The translations under genes and the position numbers were made by a program. Of a DNA stretch of 64,000 nucleotides, positions 51,387-59,195 are shown one piece after another (position 1 is the stretch's first letter; the number at the start of each line of letters is the position of its first letter). Location: contig JBNKQQ010000083.1 of NCBI GenBank assembly GCA_050295955.1, positions 10,219 to 74,218 on the forward strand, written 5' to 3'. This DNA comes from Thiohalomonadales bacterium (GTDB lineage: Bacteria; Pseudomonadota; Gammaproteobacteria; RBG-16-57-12). The notes beneath the pieces were generated by a model. It worked only from the letters and a program-made list of their open reading frames with translations, was not told the origin of the DNA and did not search any database.

Positions 51387-52363
51387 AGCTGGCATCACTA
51401 AAAACAGGCTCTCGAGATGGTACGCTGATTGTGGTTAGTCGTGACCTGGAGCGTTATACACCAGTACCACTGCCAGAAACTCTACAGCAGGCGCTAGAGG
51501 CGTGGAGTGATAACCAACCATTATTGGAAACGCTCTACCAGCAACTCAATGAGGGTGAGATTAGCGGTCTGCCGCTGGAGGTGAATGAGTTGGCTTCACC
51601 CCTACCCAGGGCCTACCAATGGTTGGATGGTAGTGCCTACCTCAGTCATGTGGAGAGGGTGAGGCGTGCCCGTGGTGCAGAGATGCCACCCAGCTTTCTT
51701 CATGATCCTTTGATGTACCAGGGAGGATCGGATACCTTCTTAGGGCCTCGGGATGAGATTGTTGCCCAAGAGGCTTGGGGCATTGACCTGGAAGCGGAAG
51801 TGGCAGTCATCACTGATGATGTGCCCATGGGGGTGAGCGTGGATGAGGCAGGAACCCATATTCGCCTGGTGATGTTGGTGAATGATGTCTCACTACGCAA
51901 CCTGATTCCCAATGAGTTAGCCAAGGGATTTGGCTTTCTCCATGGCAAGCCGCCTAGCGCCTTTTCCCCGGTAGCCGTTACACCCAATGAATTGGGTGAG
52001 GCGTGGCGTGATCATAAATTACATCTGCCTCTGTTAGCCCGGCTCAATGGCCAGCTATTGGGTCATCCCAATGCAGGGGTGGACATGCAGTTCAGCTTTG
52101 CTCAACTAATTGCCCATGCCGCGACCACCCGTCCTCTGGCCGCAGGTACAATTATTGGTTCCGGCACGGTCTCTAACCAAGATCAGGACAAAGGGGTCTG
52201 TTGTTTAGCGGAGCGTCGGGTGCTGGAGATTATCGAAAAGGGTGAAGCGAAGACACCTTTCCTCAAACACGCTGATGAGGTGATGATTGAGATGGAGAAT
52301 GAAAGAGGGGAAAATCTATTCGGAGCCATTGTGCAACGGATTAACTGCCAGGAGTCAGACTGA
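51383..52363 (+). CDS. fahA: Fumarylacetoacetate hydrolase family protein (fumarylacetoacetase)
   Basis: FAH-fold motifs. Operon position between hmgA and maiA. Confidence 0.7.
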   Translation: MKLASLKTGSRDGTLIVVSRDLERYTPVPLPETLQQALEAWSDNQPLLETLYQQLNEGEISGLPLEVNELASPLPRAYQWLDGSAYLSHVERVRRARGAEMPPSFLHDPLMYQGGSDTFLGPRDEIVAQEAWGIDLEAEVAVITDDVPMGVSVDEAGTHIRLVMLVNDVSLRNLIPNELAKGFGFLHGKPPSAFSPVAVTPNELGEAWRDHKLHLPLLARLNGQLLGHPNAGVDMQFSFAQLIAHAATTRPLAAGTIIGSGTVSNQDQDKGVCCLAERRVLEIIEKGEAKTPFLKHADEVMIEMENERGENLFGAIVQRINCQESD

Positions 52364-53026
52364 GTGTCTTCCTATATCCTTTATACCTATTTTCGTAGTA
52401 GTGCCGCTTATCGGGTTCGCATTGCCTTAAATCTCAAAGGGATCGAATACCATCCCCACTATGTTCACCTAAAGAGAGGGGAGGATAAGCAGCAGGCTTA
52501 TCGCAATATCAACCCACTGGGGCTGGTACCCACCTTACAGGTACAGGGGCATCACAACGATGTGGTGATTACCCAATCAATGGCAGCTATCGAATACCTG
52601 GAAGAGACACACCCTGAACCGAGCTTACTGCCGGGCTCAGCAGCCCTGCGGGCGCAGATCCGCGCCTTTGCCCAGAGCATCTGCTGCGATATTCACCCAC
52701 TCAATAATCTTCGGGTGCTCAATTATCTGGAACATCCCATGGGGATCAGCGAGACCCCACGCAAACTCTGGTATTGCAACTGGATTGATACTGGCCTGAG
52801 CGCCTTGGAAGAGATCATGCGGCGGCGGGATGAGAATACACCATATTGTTTTGGGGAGGCGCCCACCATGGCGGATGTATGCCTGATTCCCCAGCTCTAC
52901 AATGCCAAACGTTTTGACTGTGATACCAAAGCCTATCCTATTTTGACCCAGATCTATGACAACTGCCTGCAGCTGGAAGCGTTCCAGCGGGCAGCGCCTG
53001 AAAACCAGGCAGACTGGGAGGATTAG
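52364..53026 (+). CDS. maiA: Maleylacetoacetate isomerase (GST zeta class)
   Basis: LYTYFRSSAAYRVRIALNLKGI ... SMAAIEYLEE typical of GST zeta/MaiA. Confidence 0.85.
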   Translation: MSSYILYTYFRSSAAYRVRIALNLKGIEYHPHYVHLKRGEDKQQAYRNINPLGLVPTLQVQGHHNDVVITQSMAAIEYLEETHPEPSLLPGSAALRAQIRAFAQSICCDIHPLNNLRVLNYLEHPMGISETPRKLWYCNWIDTGLSALEEIMRRRDENTPYCFGEAPTMADVCLIPQLYNAKRFDCDTKAYPILTQIYDNCLQLEAFQRAAPENQADWED

Positions 53027-53048
53027 GCAACGGATCAGGAGGTATGTG

Positions 53049-53942
53049 ATGAGTGAACAAGATCTTCAGCAATTTGCTACACAGCATCAGTTACAGGGGC
53101 TGAGCCCTACTTCACTACAAGCCCTGGTAGACAATGAGCCTGGTTATAACATTGAGAAAGCCCAGCATTTTCTGCGGTTTCAGCGGCGTATTAATGAAGA
53201 GCTGCTGACCCATCGGGTGATTCTGGATAACGCCTTCTGTAACTGGTTTGAAAAAGGGGCGCTAAGCGAGGAGCAGGTAAAGGCCTTTGTGATACAGTTC
53301 TCTGTCTTTTCCAACCTGTTCCTGTTTGCTCAGCTGCATAAGACCATTAATGCCGATACGCTGGAGGGGATGCGGGCCTCCAAAGAGATACTGGCTAATG
53401 AAATCGGGGTAATTTTTCGTACTGATAAGGGGCGAGGCAGCGAATCAGAACTGGTCTCCAGCGAAGGTACCGTAGAGGGAGGCGAGTTCCGCTTTGCAGC
53501 AGCTCACTTCGAGTGGTTACTGTTGTTGGCGGAAAAATTGGGGTTGGGGTTTAACGATGTCGGTAAACGGCGCCACGGTACGGCATCTACACTGTTTTTC
53601 TGTGATGAACTGAATCGTCTCTATGGTAGCGAAGATTATATGATCTCCCAGGCTGCCAGTTATGCGGTAGAGAACTGGGCTGCCGCGGGCTTCTGGGATC
53701 AACTGGTAGAAGGCTTCACTCTCTTTAACGAGCAGCATGGTAAGCAACTTCCCCTGGGGTTTTTCACCTGGCACGCCATGATTGAGGCGCAACATGCTGC
53801 GCATACTCAGGAGGAACTGGAAGAGCTCTACTTCAGTCGTGATATCAATGAAGATGACTTCATTCGTTATGGTAATGAAATGTTAGATGGCGTTGCCGCT
53901 TTCTGGGATGGGCTGGATGAGCAGCGTAAAACATTAGGATAA
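53049..53942 (+). CDS. Hypothetical protein, possibly heme-oxygenase-like (TenA/PqqC/CADD) fold, co-transcribed with the tyrosine catabolism genes
   Basis: AGGAGG RBS 7 nt before the ATG at 53049. Helical, His/Glu/Trp-rich. Fold call is tentative. Confidence 0.4.
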   Translation: MSEQDLQQFATQHQLQGLSPTSLQALVDNEPGYNIEKAQHFLRFQRRINEELLTHRVILDNAFCNWFEKGALSEEQVKAFVIQFSVFSNLFLFAQLHKTINADTLEGMRASKEILANEIGVIFRTDKGRGSESELVSSEGTVEGGEFRFAAAHFEWLLLLAEKLGLGFNDVGKRRHGTASTLFFCDELNRLYGSEDYMISQAASYAVENWAAAGFWDQLVEGFTLFNEQHGKQLPLGFFTWHAMIEAQHAAHTQEELEELYFSRDINEDDFIRYGNEMLDGVAAFWDGLDEQRKTLG

Positions 53943-54045
53943 GATTAATCTCTGTCGATCAGGAAATTAATTTCTAGTCTAAATTGTATTGTTTTTTAAG
54001 GGCATAGCAGTGGTATGATGAAGAGCCTTAGGGGGGTGATTCATC

Positions 54046-54612
54046 ATGATTAGAGTTCTCAGTATTCTTTCTATCTTGCTAATCTCATTACAGACAGCAG
54101 GGGCGGCATTTGATGTCGAATCCAAAGCAAGCCTCTGTGCTATCTGCCATGAACATAGCGGTGATGCCTTGGTGCCAACGCTATCCGGCCAATCCAAAGC
54201 TTATCTTCTACAACAGCTAAAACGCTACCAAAGCGGCGAGCGGGAGAGCAGCGTGATGTCCGCGGTAGTGAAATCTTTCAGTAACGATCAGGAGATGGCA
54301 GCGGTAGCGGAGTATTTCTCCAAGCAAGAGGCGAAGGGAGGCACGGTGGCTGACAGTGAGCAGTTCTATGTGGGTAAACATATCTTTGAACAGAAGCTTG
54401 CTTGTGTCAGCTGTCATGGATTTGATGGGCAGGGTAAGTCTGGCAAGAATTTAATTGTGCCTAATTTAGTAGGGCAAAAATCAGAATATATTATCCAGCG
54501 CCTCAAGGACTTTCGGGAATCACAACAAAAAGAGAACCCCATGGTTCAGGTGGCAGAAAAGTTGGAGGATAGCGAGATTGAGAGCATCGCTAGCTATCTG
54601 AGCGGTATGTAG
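54046..54612 (+). CDS. Diheme c-type cytochrome (c4-like)
   Basis: Signal peptide. CAICH and CVSCH heme-binding motifs. Confidence 0.75.
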   Translation: MIRVLSILSILLISLQTAGAAFDVESKASLCAICHEHSGDALVPTLSGQSKAYLLQQLKRYQSGERESSVMSAVVKSFSNDQEMAAVAEYFSKQEAKGGTVADSEQFYVGKHIFEQKLACVSCHGFDGQGKSGKNLIVPNLVGQKSEYIIQRLKDFRESQQKENPMVQVAEKLEDSEIESIASYLSGM

Positions 54613-54682
54613 CAACGGCTCACTCGCAATCCCGGAGCAACAAGCGCATAATGGGCGAAATTTCCAAAACCCATGTGTGATT

Positions 54683-54934
54683 ATGACCAACAACGAAATT
54701 ATCAAAAAGCTGCGCATCGCTCTGGACCTGAAAGAGCTGGATATGATTGAGATCTTCGAACTCTCTGGATATGAGATCAACAAATCAGAACTCTCCGGCA
54801 TCTTTCGCAAAGAGGGGCACAAAAATTACCGCGAGTGCAGCGACAAAGTGCTGAACCATTTTCTCAATGGTTATATTGTCTACAGGCGGGGCTTGGAAGA
54901 GGAAGAGGCTGTGATAGAAGTAACCGACCAATAA
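54683..54934 (+). CDS. DUF1456 (YehS-like) single-domain protein
   Basis: EIIKKLRIALDLKELDMIEIFELSGYEI ... similar to the YehS repeat unit. Confidence 0.5.
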   Translation: MTNNEIIKKLRIALDLKELDMIEIFELSGYEINKSELSGIFRKEGHKNYRECSDKVLNHFLNGYIVYRRGLEEEEAVIEVTDQ

Positions 54935-55018
54935 AAGCCCCCAGTTCACTTGTTCCCCCACACAAACCCCCGTACAATCCGGCTATATAGTTAGCCGCCT
55001 CCGGAGTAAGAACGAGGA

Positions 55019-55774
55019 ATGTCTCAAAAAGTGATGTCATCACAGTCCCTATTAAAAGAACCCGTTGTCGAGTTCAAGGGCTCCAGCTTTACCCTTACCA
55101 TCCTGGTAATCTCCAGCTTCGATCTTGATACCATTGTTGAAGATATCAAAAAGCGCCTTGCTCAGGCGCCACGCTTTTTCCTGCACGCCCCGGTGGTGGT
55201 GGACCTCAATCCGCTGAAAGAGCAGCAGGGAGAACTGGACTTTGCCGCATTAGCAGAGCAGTTGCGAGCGCTGGAACTGGTACCCGTTGGCGTTTGCAAT
55301 GGCAATCCCTGCTTCTATGAAGCTGCCGTAGCCGCTGGCTTCGCTGTACTGCAGTCTGGTCCACAGCCACGCGCAGTCCAGCGGGAAGAGCCCAAGCCAG
55401 CCCCACAGCCTGAGCCTAAAGTGGTTGAGCAGCCCAAGGCGGAACCACTGGTGATCCACAAACCAGTACGCTCTGGCCAACAGATCTACGCCAGAGGCCG
55501 AGACCTGATCCTGATGGCCCAGGTGAATGCTGGGGCTGAAGTGATTGCCGATGGCAACATCCACGTCTATGCTCCTTTGCGAGGCCGAGCGCTGGCTGGT
55601 GTTCAAGGGGATACCAATGCCCGTATTTTCACCCTTAATTTCGGCGCTGAAATGGTGGCAATTGCTGGCAACTACCGTGTATTTGAAGAGCAGCCCGCCA
55701 CCGATGTGGCAGGCAAAACCAGTCAAGTTTATCTCGATGGCGAACAACTGATTGTTGCGCCATTGGTTTCATAA
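55019..55774 (+). CDS. minC: Septum site-determining protein MinC
   Basis: MinC N- and C-domains (C-terminal beta-helix GNIHVYAPLRG). Followed by minD and minE. Confidence 0.9.
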   Translation: MSQKVMSSQSLLKEPVVEFKGSSFTLTILVISSFDLDTIVEDIKKRLAQAPRFFLHAPVVVDLNPLKEQQGELDFAALAEQLRALELVPVGVCNGNPCFYEAAVAAGFAVLQSGPQPRAVQREEPKPAPQPEPKVVEQPKAEPLVIHKPVRSGQQIYARGRDLILMAQVNAGAEVIADGNIHVYAPLRGRALAGVQGDTNARIFTLNFGAEMVAIAGNYRVFEEQPATDVAGKTSQVYLDGEQLIVAPLVS

Positions 55775-55796
55775 AATTCCTAGGGGAGGTTAAGCC

Positions 55797-56606
55797 TTGT
55801 CAAAGGTAATCGTTGTAACATCCGGAAAAGGTGGCGTAGGCAAGACCACCAGTAGCGCCAGTATCGCGACCGGTCTGGCGATGAAAGGCCACAAGACTGC
55901 AGTCATCGACTTCGACGTGGGCCTAAGAAACCTGGATCTGATAATGGGGTGTGAGCGCCGCGTGGTATACGATCTGGTTAATGTTATCCACGAAGAGGCA
56001 ACACTTAAACAAGCCCTGATTCGTGACAAGCGCTGTGATCAACTCTACATCCTGCCAGCCTCACAAACCCGCGACAAAGATGCTCTGACCACTGAAGGGG
56101 TTGAGCGGGTGCTGGAAGAGCTGAAAAAAGAGTTCGACTACATCGTTTGTGATTCACCTGCCGGTATCGAGCAGGGCGCTGTGATGGCACTCTACTTTGC
56201 CGATGAAGCCTTCATCGTCACCAACCCAGAAGTCTCCTCGGTGCGTGACTCTGACCGCATACTTGGCATCCTGAATGCTAAATCCAAGCGTGCCCAAGAG
56301 GGCGCAGAGCCTATTAAAGAGCACCTGCTCATCACCCGCTACTCACCTAACCGTGTTGAAACCGGTGAGATGCTGAGCATTGATGACATCAAAGAGCTGC
56401 TGGGTATCGATCTGATTGGTGTGATTCCTGAATCAGAAGCCGTACTACAAGCTTCCAACTCCGGCACCCCAGTGATCCATGATCAACAGAGCACCAGTGG
56501 CCAAGCCTACGCTGATGTTGTGGATCGCTTCCTGGGAGAGGAACGCCCGCTACGCTTTATCGAGCCTGAGAAGAAGGGCCTGTTGAAACGACTGTTTGGG
56601 ACCTAA
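55797..56606 (+). CDS. minD: Septum site-determining ATPase MinD
   Basis: VVTSGKGGVGKTT deviant Walker A. C-terminal amphipathic helix. TTG start. Confidence 0.95.
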   Translation: MSKVIVVTSGKGGVGKTTSSASIATGLAMKGHKTAVIDFDVGLRNLDLIMGCERRVVYDLVNVIHEEATLKQALIRDKRCDQLYILPASQTRDKDALTTEGVERVLEELKKEFDYIVCDSPAGIEQGAVMALYFADEAFIVTNPEVSSVRDSDRILGILNAKSKRAQEGAEPIKEHLLITRYSPNRVETGEMLSIDDIKELLGIDLIGVIPESEAVLQASNSGTPVIHDQQSTSGQAYADVVDRFLGEERPLRFIEPEKKGLLKRLFGT

Positions 56607-56608
56607 CC

Positions 56609-56869
56609 ATGTCACTACTCGATTATCTATTGCGAAAAAAGAAAAAGCCCAGCGCCTCGGTCGCCAAAGAGCGTCTACAGATCATCCTGGCCCGAGAGCA
56701 CGGTAATGACGAACCAGACTTCCTGCCAGAACTTAAACGGGAACTGCTGGAAGTGATCAGCAAATACACCAACATTGATTTGGATGAGATCAGCGTCAAT
56801 CTGGATAAAGAGGACGACTGCGAAATCCTTGAAGTCAACGTAGTGTTGAATAAGAAGGATGCGGCGTAA
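56609..56869 (+). CDS. minE: Cell division topological specificity factor MinE
   Basis: MSLLDYLLRKKKK N-terminus. 86 aa. Confidence 0.95.
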   Translation: MSLLDYLLRKKKKPSASVAKERLQIILAREHGNDEPDFLPELKRELLEVISKYTNIDLDEISVNLDKEDDCEILEVNVVLNKKDAA

Positions 56870-56893
56870 ATTCACGCAGTGCATCACTTCATG

Positions 56894-56922
56894 AAAAGGC
56901 GGCCAATGGTCGCCTTTTTTAT
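56894..56922 (+). terminator. Probable rho-independent terminator after minE
   Basis: aaggcggcc-aat-ggtcgcctt (one mismatch) plus T-run. Confidence 0.5.
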
Positions 56923-56960
56923 TTGGTAGGTGCGCGCCCTGCAAAAGTAAATTCATCCAA

Positions 56961-57200
56961 TTCTAAAAGTGTGTGTAGGAGCCTGCTTGCAGGCGATGGG
57001 CTTTTATATCGCTATTGCTGTAGGAGCTTGCCCTGCAAGCGAACCCACTCAATTCTAATAAGCGTGTGTAGGAGCCTGCTTGCAGGCGATGGGTTTTTAT
57101 ATCGCTACTGCTGTAGGGGCTTGCCCTGCAAGCGAACCCACTCAATTCTAATAAGCGTGTGTAGGAGCCTGCTTGCAGGCGATGGGTTTTCATATCGCTA
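56961..57200 (+). repeat. Tandem BIME-like array: ~91-bp units each containing REP (gtaggagcctgcttgcaggcgat) and variant REP' (gtagg[a/g]gcttgccctgcaagcga)
   Basis: Units begin at ~56961, 57051 and 57143. REP is identical to the pair at 1362-1421. A further REP variant lies at 57528-57550. Confidence 0.8.
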
Positions 57201-57204
57201 CCGC

Positions 57205-57571
57205 GATGAAGTGGATATCACTTCGTGAGGTTTTATTGGCATCGGGATTCCGTCCCGATAGCCGGGTCACTTTTTTACCGTAAAAAAGTAACCAAAAAAG
57301 CTCTCCCGAAAAATGCGGTCGCCAACAACGCGACTTCCCTCGGTTCTCACTATGAACAGCACTCCTGGCAACTCGCTTCGCTCAAACATGCCATCCGCTT
57401 AATCTGTTCATCGCTGCGAGCCTCGGCACATTTGAACGGGGATGAAAGGCATGGCATATTCCGCTAACGCGGAAGAAAAAGTCATTCTGCACTTGATTCA
57501 GAATCCAGGCTAATTCTAAAAAGCGTATGTGGGAGCCTACTTGCTGGCGATGGGTTTTATATCGCTACCGC
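57205..57571 (+). repeat. Structured repeat element, copy L1 (hairpin-rich, ~200-bp conserved core)
   Basis: Hairpins gaagtg-gatat-cacttc, atcggga-ttccg-tcccgat, cttttttac-c-gtaaaaaag. Core ggtcgccaacaacgcgacttccctcggttctcac...caaacatgccatccgc...gcgagcctcggc...catttgaacgg. Confidence 0.75.
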
Positions 57572-57900
57572 GATGAAGTGGATATCACTTCGTGAGGTTT
57601 TGTTGGCATCGGGATTCCGTCCCGATAGCCGGGTCACTTTTTTACCGTAAAAAAGTAACCCAAAAAACTCCCCCGAAATATGGTCGCCAACACCGAGACT
57701 TCCCTCGGCTCTCGCTACGAATGGCGCTACTGGCAACTCGCAAACTACGCTCAAACATGCCATCCGCTCTTTCCGTTCGTAGCTACGAGCCTCGGCAGTA
57801 TTTGAACGGGAATGAACGGCGTTTATATATTTCGCTAACGCGAAAGATGAAGAGCCGCTTCGCGGAGTAATTGAATGGGTGCTTGCGACCCGTTGTAGCC
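57572..57900 (+). repeat. Structured repeat element, copy L2
   Basis: Same architecture as L1 with indels and paired substitutions. Putative ORF frames differ between copies, so noncoding. Confidence 0.75.
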
Positions 57901-58090
57901 ATTGGCAGGCAGCTAATTGAACGTCAGCCATTGGTAAAAATTAACAATCAATATATACATTCAAATAGATTGGGTTGACTAGGTATCCCATGCAAGCAAA
58001 GTTGCAAATTGGCTTAATGATCAATAGTGCTCTTGGAAGGAACCTCCTTCCGATAACACTACTTGCACCGGATTGCTGTTGGTGAATGAA

Positions 58091-59173
58091 TTACGAATGG
58101 GGGGGCTCAAGTCTAGGTGAACAAACCCCTGATGTAGGCATCGTAATTCCCCATGGATAAGCCGGAGTTTCTCCTCGTTGATACTGGTAAACTGTTACCT
58201 TAGGTAAATTTCGTTTGTCATAAAGTGTTCCAAAGCGGAATACCAAACTGCTCGGCCCAGCGATAAAAAGGTGGATGTGGTTAATTCCGTAACTGTCCAA
58301 TTTAGTGAGCATTTCAAGAAATTGCCTGCCTAATGCTCGCTGCTTGTCTTCTGACCAGTGAGAGTCTGGCCCAGCATTCTGCAATTCGAGATGAATTAAT
58401 GGAATATTAGGTAGTTTCTTCTGAATCTCAGGTAAATTGGCTATGTATGATATAGAAATGGCTAAGACTGCCTCTGTTGATTCTTGGTCAAGTTGTGTCC
58501 CAAGATATTTAGTATCAAAGCGATTTCCATCGTCAGCTTTTTCAAGCTGCTGCCATCTTTTTTTATGTCGCTCCCAATCAAAGATATGAATTTCCGATTC
58601 ATCATCTAGAATTGTCCCTGCTAGAAAAGTTAGAGGAACAGGGGCCAGTCCTCCAAATACAGTTGTAATATCATTTCTATTGTTTCCAGCTTCATATTGG
58701 TCAAGCTGATAAGTGATATGTACTAATTTATCTAGAGCAACTTGAGGTTCAACGATATAGCCATCTCTAATATTTTGCCTGAGATCTACTAGTATGCTAT
58801 TACGTCTTCCCTCAAAGTAGGGGGGGAGCGATTCATTTAAAGGAGTACCGGCTGAATCGCGAAGCCCTCTTACTTCAATAACATTTACTCTTTTGCGCGA
58901 TAACGCTCGATATTCCATGGTATGTCTAATTATTTCCCATGGTATGGCTATTGATATTAATGCAATACCGAGGAAGTAAGTTGTATAGATCAAGAGTGAA
59001 GGAATATTTCCCTCAATATCGATATCTAATTTGAAAGAGTCTCCACTTTCAACAGAAAAGGTAATATCTGCAGCAGCAGCTAGAGTGAGTAGAAATACCC
59101 CTGCTCTTAGAAAATACAATGCAGGTGACTTTTTACGAATAATCCAGTATATGATTTGTTTAATTATTGTCAC
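58091..59173 (-). CDS. CBASS-like effector: N-terminal 2-TM domain fused to a SAVED-like (CARF-related) sensor domain
   Basis: Two N-terminal TM helices. C-terminal ~270 aa ending HIHLFIAGPSSLVFRFGTLYD, resembling the SAVED C-terminal motif. Immediately downstream of the nucleotidyltransferase. Confidence 0.5.
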   Translation of the reverse strand: MTIIKQIIYWIIRKKSPALYFLRAGVFLLTLAAAADITFSVESGDSFKLDIDIEGNIPSLLIYTTYFLGIALISIAIPWEIIRHTMEYRALSRKRVNVIEVRGLRDSAGTPLNESLPPYFEGRRNSILVDLRQNIRDGYIVEPQVALDKLVHITYQLDQYEAGNNRNDITTVFGGLAPVPLTFLAGTILDDESEIHIFDWERHKKRWQQLEKADDGNRFDTKYLGTQLDQESTEAVLAISISYIANLPEIQKKLPNIPLIHLELQNAGPDSHWSEDKQRALGRQFLEMLTKLDSYGINHIHLFIAGPSSLVFRFGTLYDKRNLPKVTVYQYQRGETPAYPWGITMPTSGVCSPRLEPPHS

Positions 59174-59195
59174 GTCTTTAGTTACCTCCCCGCTT

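Noticed and set aside
55250-55747. 165-aa minus-strand ORF
   Set aside because: Antisense to minC.
56961-57200. Regularly spaced ~23-bp palindromic repeats separated by ~65-bp 'spacers', superficially CRISPR-like
   Set aside because: The 'spacers' are themselves conserved between units. Two alternating repeat types (REP and REP') are present. The same palindrome flanks the RAYT gene at 1362-1421. No cas genes are nearby. This is a BIME/REP array, not CRISPR.
57225-57870. ORFs of 80 and 92 aa inside repeat copies L1/L2 (and 87/75-aa ORFs at 63078-63745 in R1/R2)
   Set aside because: Between copies the reading frames shift after indels. Copy L2 diverges from L1 after ~25 codons, and the R copies use yet another frame. 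Conservation is at the nucleotide and hairpin level, not the protein level.
57900-58090. Looked for an integrase gene, attachment-site direct repeats or a tRNA at the island borders
   Set aside because: None is present. The borders are the structured repeats and a 190-bp AT-rich spacer, so a classical integrative island or prophage origin is not supported.
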